A stretch of DNA of 62,503 nt, filler included, from Catajapyx aquilonaris (Eukaryota): NCBI GenBank assembly GCA_000934665.2. It is 2 parts of 2 records of this genome, joined end to end, with 100 filler letters (N's around TTAATTAATTAA, not from the genome) between each part and the next. Parts side by side here need not be neighbours in the genome. Positions count along the whole stretch, not along the records: positions 31,253 to 62,503 come from JYFJ02004583.1; 1 more part is not named here. One strand, 5' to 3'. The translations under genes were made by a program, and so were the position numbers. The notes under the pieces are model-generated. The model was not told the origin of the DNA. It did not search any database and worked only from the letters and a program-made list of their open reading frames with translations. How positions within the stretch are numbered: the stretch's first letter is position 1; each line of letters starts with the position of its first letter. Positions 59,673 to 62,503 of this stretch are shown piece by piece.

Positions 59673-62503
59673 GTGCGTTTGACCACTAATATGCTTATTC
59701 TCTCCATCTGATGTTTGTCCGACCTGATAGTATCGCACAGGTGGCAGGAGTGTGCAGATTGAGTATGCGCCATCTATGCGTTAAGAATACTACTACGTGG
59801 TAAATCGGTGGGCCATCTCAATTAAAGTTGTTTGATTGTCACTACCACACTGATTATGATATCTTTTGCCAAAATTTGGCAACTGGTTCACTATAGTAGT
59901 GTGAGAAACCCATGACTACAGAAATTCGTAGAGAGAAACAGGTCGATACACTGTACTATTTTTTGTCATAGTTTCTTACTGAAACTGACGTTAAAAAACA
60001 AGTCCGAATTTATTGTTTTTTAAAACGGAAAAAGTAAACAACATTATAACACGGTGTGCCTGCAAGCCTAGAGATAAAATCAATGCTGGTGAGCGGTGTG
60101 ACTGACTTGGGTTTATTAAAAATCGGTCCACGTACAACAAACCGATCAATGATTTTCATCTTGCGAAAAAGGAGGGGGGTAGAATTTCCGCCATTTCCAT
60201 CATAAAATTTCACGCTAGCAGACTAGCATAATTATGTACATTAAGGTCCCAATCTTCCATTAAGATCGCTTTTGTTTATGGAAAAAATTTCATGGAAAAA
60301 AAATATCAAGTACAGGCTGTAAAATGGCGCTTCTGAAGCATCTGTTTTAATTAGCAGAGCTTAAGAAAATTACTGGGGGGCATCAAGCGCAAATTATTAC
60401 ATCCATTAAATTTCACTGTTCATCGCCATAACCTTTATCGCGCCGGTACTTTTCGATCCGTAAATGACATAACTTTGGTCCATAAGTGTTTCAATATCGG
60501 TTAATAATCTACGCTCATTATTTTGTGTTTTTGCTAAGTATGGGCGTGTTTTTTCCACATTTCGGTAAATCTTTTCCTCCATTTTGTATCCGTCTTGCTT
60601 ACAACAATGCACTTACCACCCACAATAAGTCAAGGCCCAGGTTACGCCTCCAGGCTCCCAGCAGCACTGTTTGACTTGTGGCCTGAGTACAAAGAGTGTT
60701 CCGCATGTTGAATGCAATATACCCATGCTGGCCATCATCATCATCCAGCCTTGGTTGGCGTCTCTTGGGCCGAAAAGCGACGGACAGGTTCGTGACCTCC
60801 TCATTGCCTTTTATTCCTTCAAGCCCCGGGTAACTCTCGTGCGTTCCATTCAGGAGCTCAACATCCGCATTACATTGTGGAGGTCCCTTCTTCATTGTGT
60901 TTGTCAACGCAATGAGGATTTGGGATGGGTCAAAGGCACTGTAGACATCCGCAAGGAAAAAAAAGCGGAATTTTAACCGAAAAGTTTTGGTCGCAGTTTT
61001 CCAGTAGCCGCTACTTTAATAGGCAAATGTAGCTGCTCTGCTATTATACGGAAGTGAAAAAATGGCGTCTTAGCAGTGTTTGTGAGCTTCAGAAGTGTTT
61101 GTGGGCTTCAGAAGTGTCTGCCACCTCAATTTTTGACACAAATCCGGTAAATTCAGGACTTCACATCTATAATATTAAAATCCTTGCGGGAGTTGGCCGA
61201 TCCCTCTGATTGGTCCGCCGCATATTGTTACCGCCACCTCCCCATTGGCCCGCGTTCTACTCATGCGCAATGGGGGTGTAAACAACAACTGTTGGGTTGC
61301 CGGGGAAACTGTCCATTCCCCGGCGATATGGTGCGCCGAATAGGTACCCCAGGCCGTAGGCCTAGAAAAGAGCGAGCGTTTTCCTAGTCTTTTTATAAAA
61401 AAATAATTGAAAAGGATATTAGCGGGCTAAAAAATTCATTTGTGAATTACAAGGGCTTTGCAGATGGTCCTAGCCATGAAATGAGAAGATGAAAGGATGA
61501 GGAGGCATGGAGCGAGCTTGATGCTGGCAAAAAGTGCGAAAGTGGTGGGGAGTTTTTTTGAGGGGGGGGGGGGATGCATGCAAATTATATTATTACCTCA
61601 AGGCCCCAAGTAGAACCCTTGGAAATTAATACTTGAAGCTCATTTTCATTATGCGGTGTACTGAAGCAAATGGGTGTCATTTTGGGTGGGTATTGTGCAG
61701 AATCAAATTAGCAAGCTTTTTCAAACTGTGAGATAATATTTTTTTAGTAGTTTGATTAATATTTGCTATCAGTAACTATTTCTTGAAATGGACTGCAAAA
61801 TTGCTGTAAAATACACTTTGCAAAAATTGACTCAAATGAACAGGGTGCTATTGTTGGTTGAGGCACGACAGCGACACCTCTAAATAATTTTTAGTGACAA
61901 CTTCAAGTAATTTTGGAAGAAAATAAGTGAAAACTTCACAGGGAAAATTGCTCGAAAAAATTGCTCAAAAATTACAACATATACAATCTATCCGATGTAA
62001 AATATTATTTCTTGTGGATAGTAAGTTGTATGAACAAAACTATTTGTTTTCAATGAAATTAACATGCAGTTTTTTATTAACAACCGACTGAAGTTCTGCC
62101 ATTTATATTACTATTCTCCTGATGGGCACAGTTATTTGCACTTCTACAATTAAAAGTCTAGCAATAATTTTGAAGACAGGAAGTTTTGCCAGTGTCGCAA
62201 TTTCTCGTTACCGGTGCTTATTTATAGAGCAACCTTTAGCTGAAAGGAAGCAGCGGTATATTGAGTGCCTTCCGCCTCATTGCTTATTTATGAGTTCAAC
62301 AATCTGGAGTAATGCCGATTTATAGCTTCACCCTCGCCAATATTTTACAAAATTTTTTTTCAACACTACGAAAAAGTAGGAACAACAAACAGATTATGCA
62401 CAACTTAAACTTGCATCCTTTCTGAAAACCACTGATTGGGATGTTCCTCCTTGTCCCCATCTGGTTTTTGAGCAGATAATTGCCTGAAAATACGAGACTC
62501 CCT

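Overview
Eukaryotic DNA, most likely arthropod (TTAGG repeats, insect-type transposons, GT-AG introns). It consists of two very different blocks joined by an artificial N44-TTAATTAATTAA-N44 spacer (31153-31252), so the blocks may not be adjacent in the genome. Left block (1-31152): a near-continuous mosaic of about 28 short, truncated or internally deleted fragments. They come from many element groups: EnSpm/CMC, Sola1, Sola2, piggyBac, Tc1/mariner-like, pogo, hAT, P/THAP, Chapaev-like, Harbinger, Kolobok, Zator, LINE ORF1, Gypsy and a solo LTR, plus possible endogenous virus pieces. Every fragment I could orient is on the minus strand except one recent R1 LINE insertion. This is the architecture expected of a uni-strand (flamenco-like) piRNA cluster read from the plus strand, but here it is dominated by DNA-transposon coding fragments. 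Right block (31253-62503): ordinary TE-poor intergenic/intronic DNA with MITEs, tRNA-derived SINE remnants, micro/minisatellites, a TTAGG fold-back, and the first coding exons of an SLC16/monocarboxylate-transporter-like gene on the plus strand. Family calls come from manual translation and recalled motifs, not database searches. Fragment boundaries are approximate unless a TSD or splice site is quoted.
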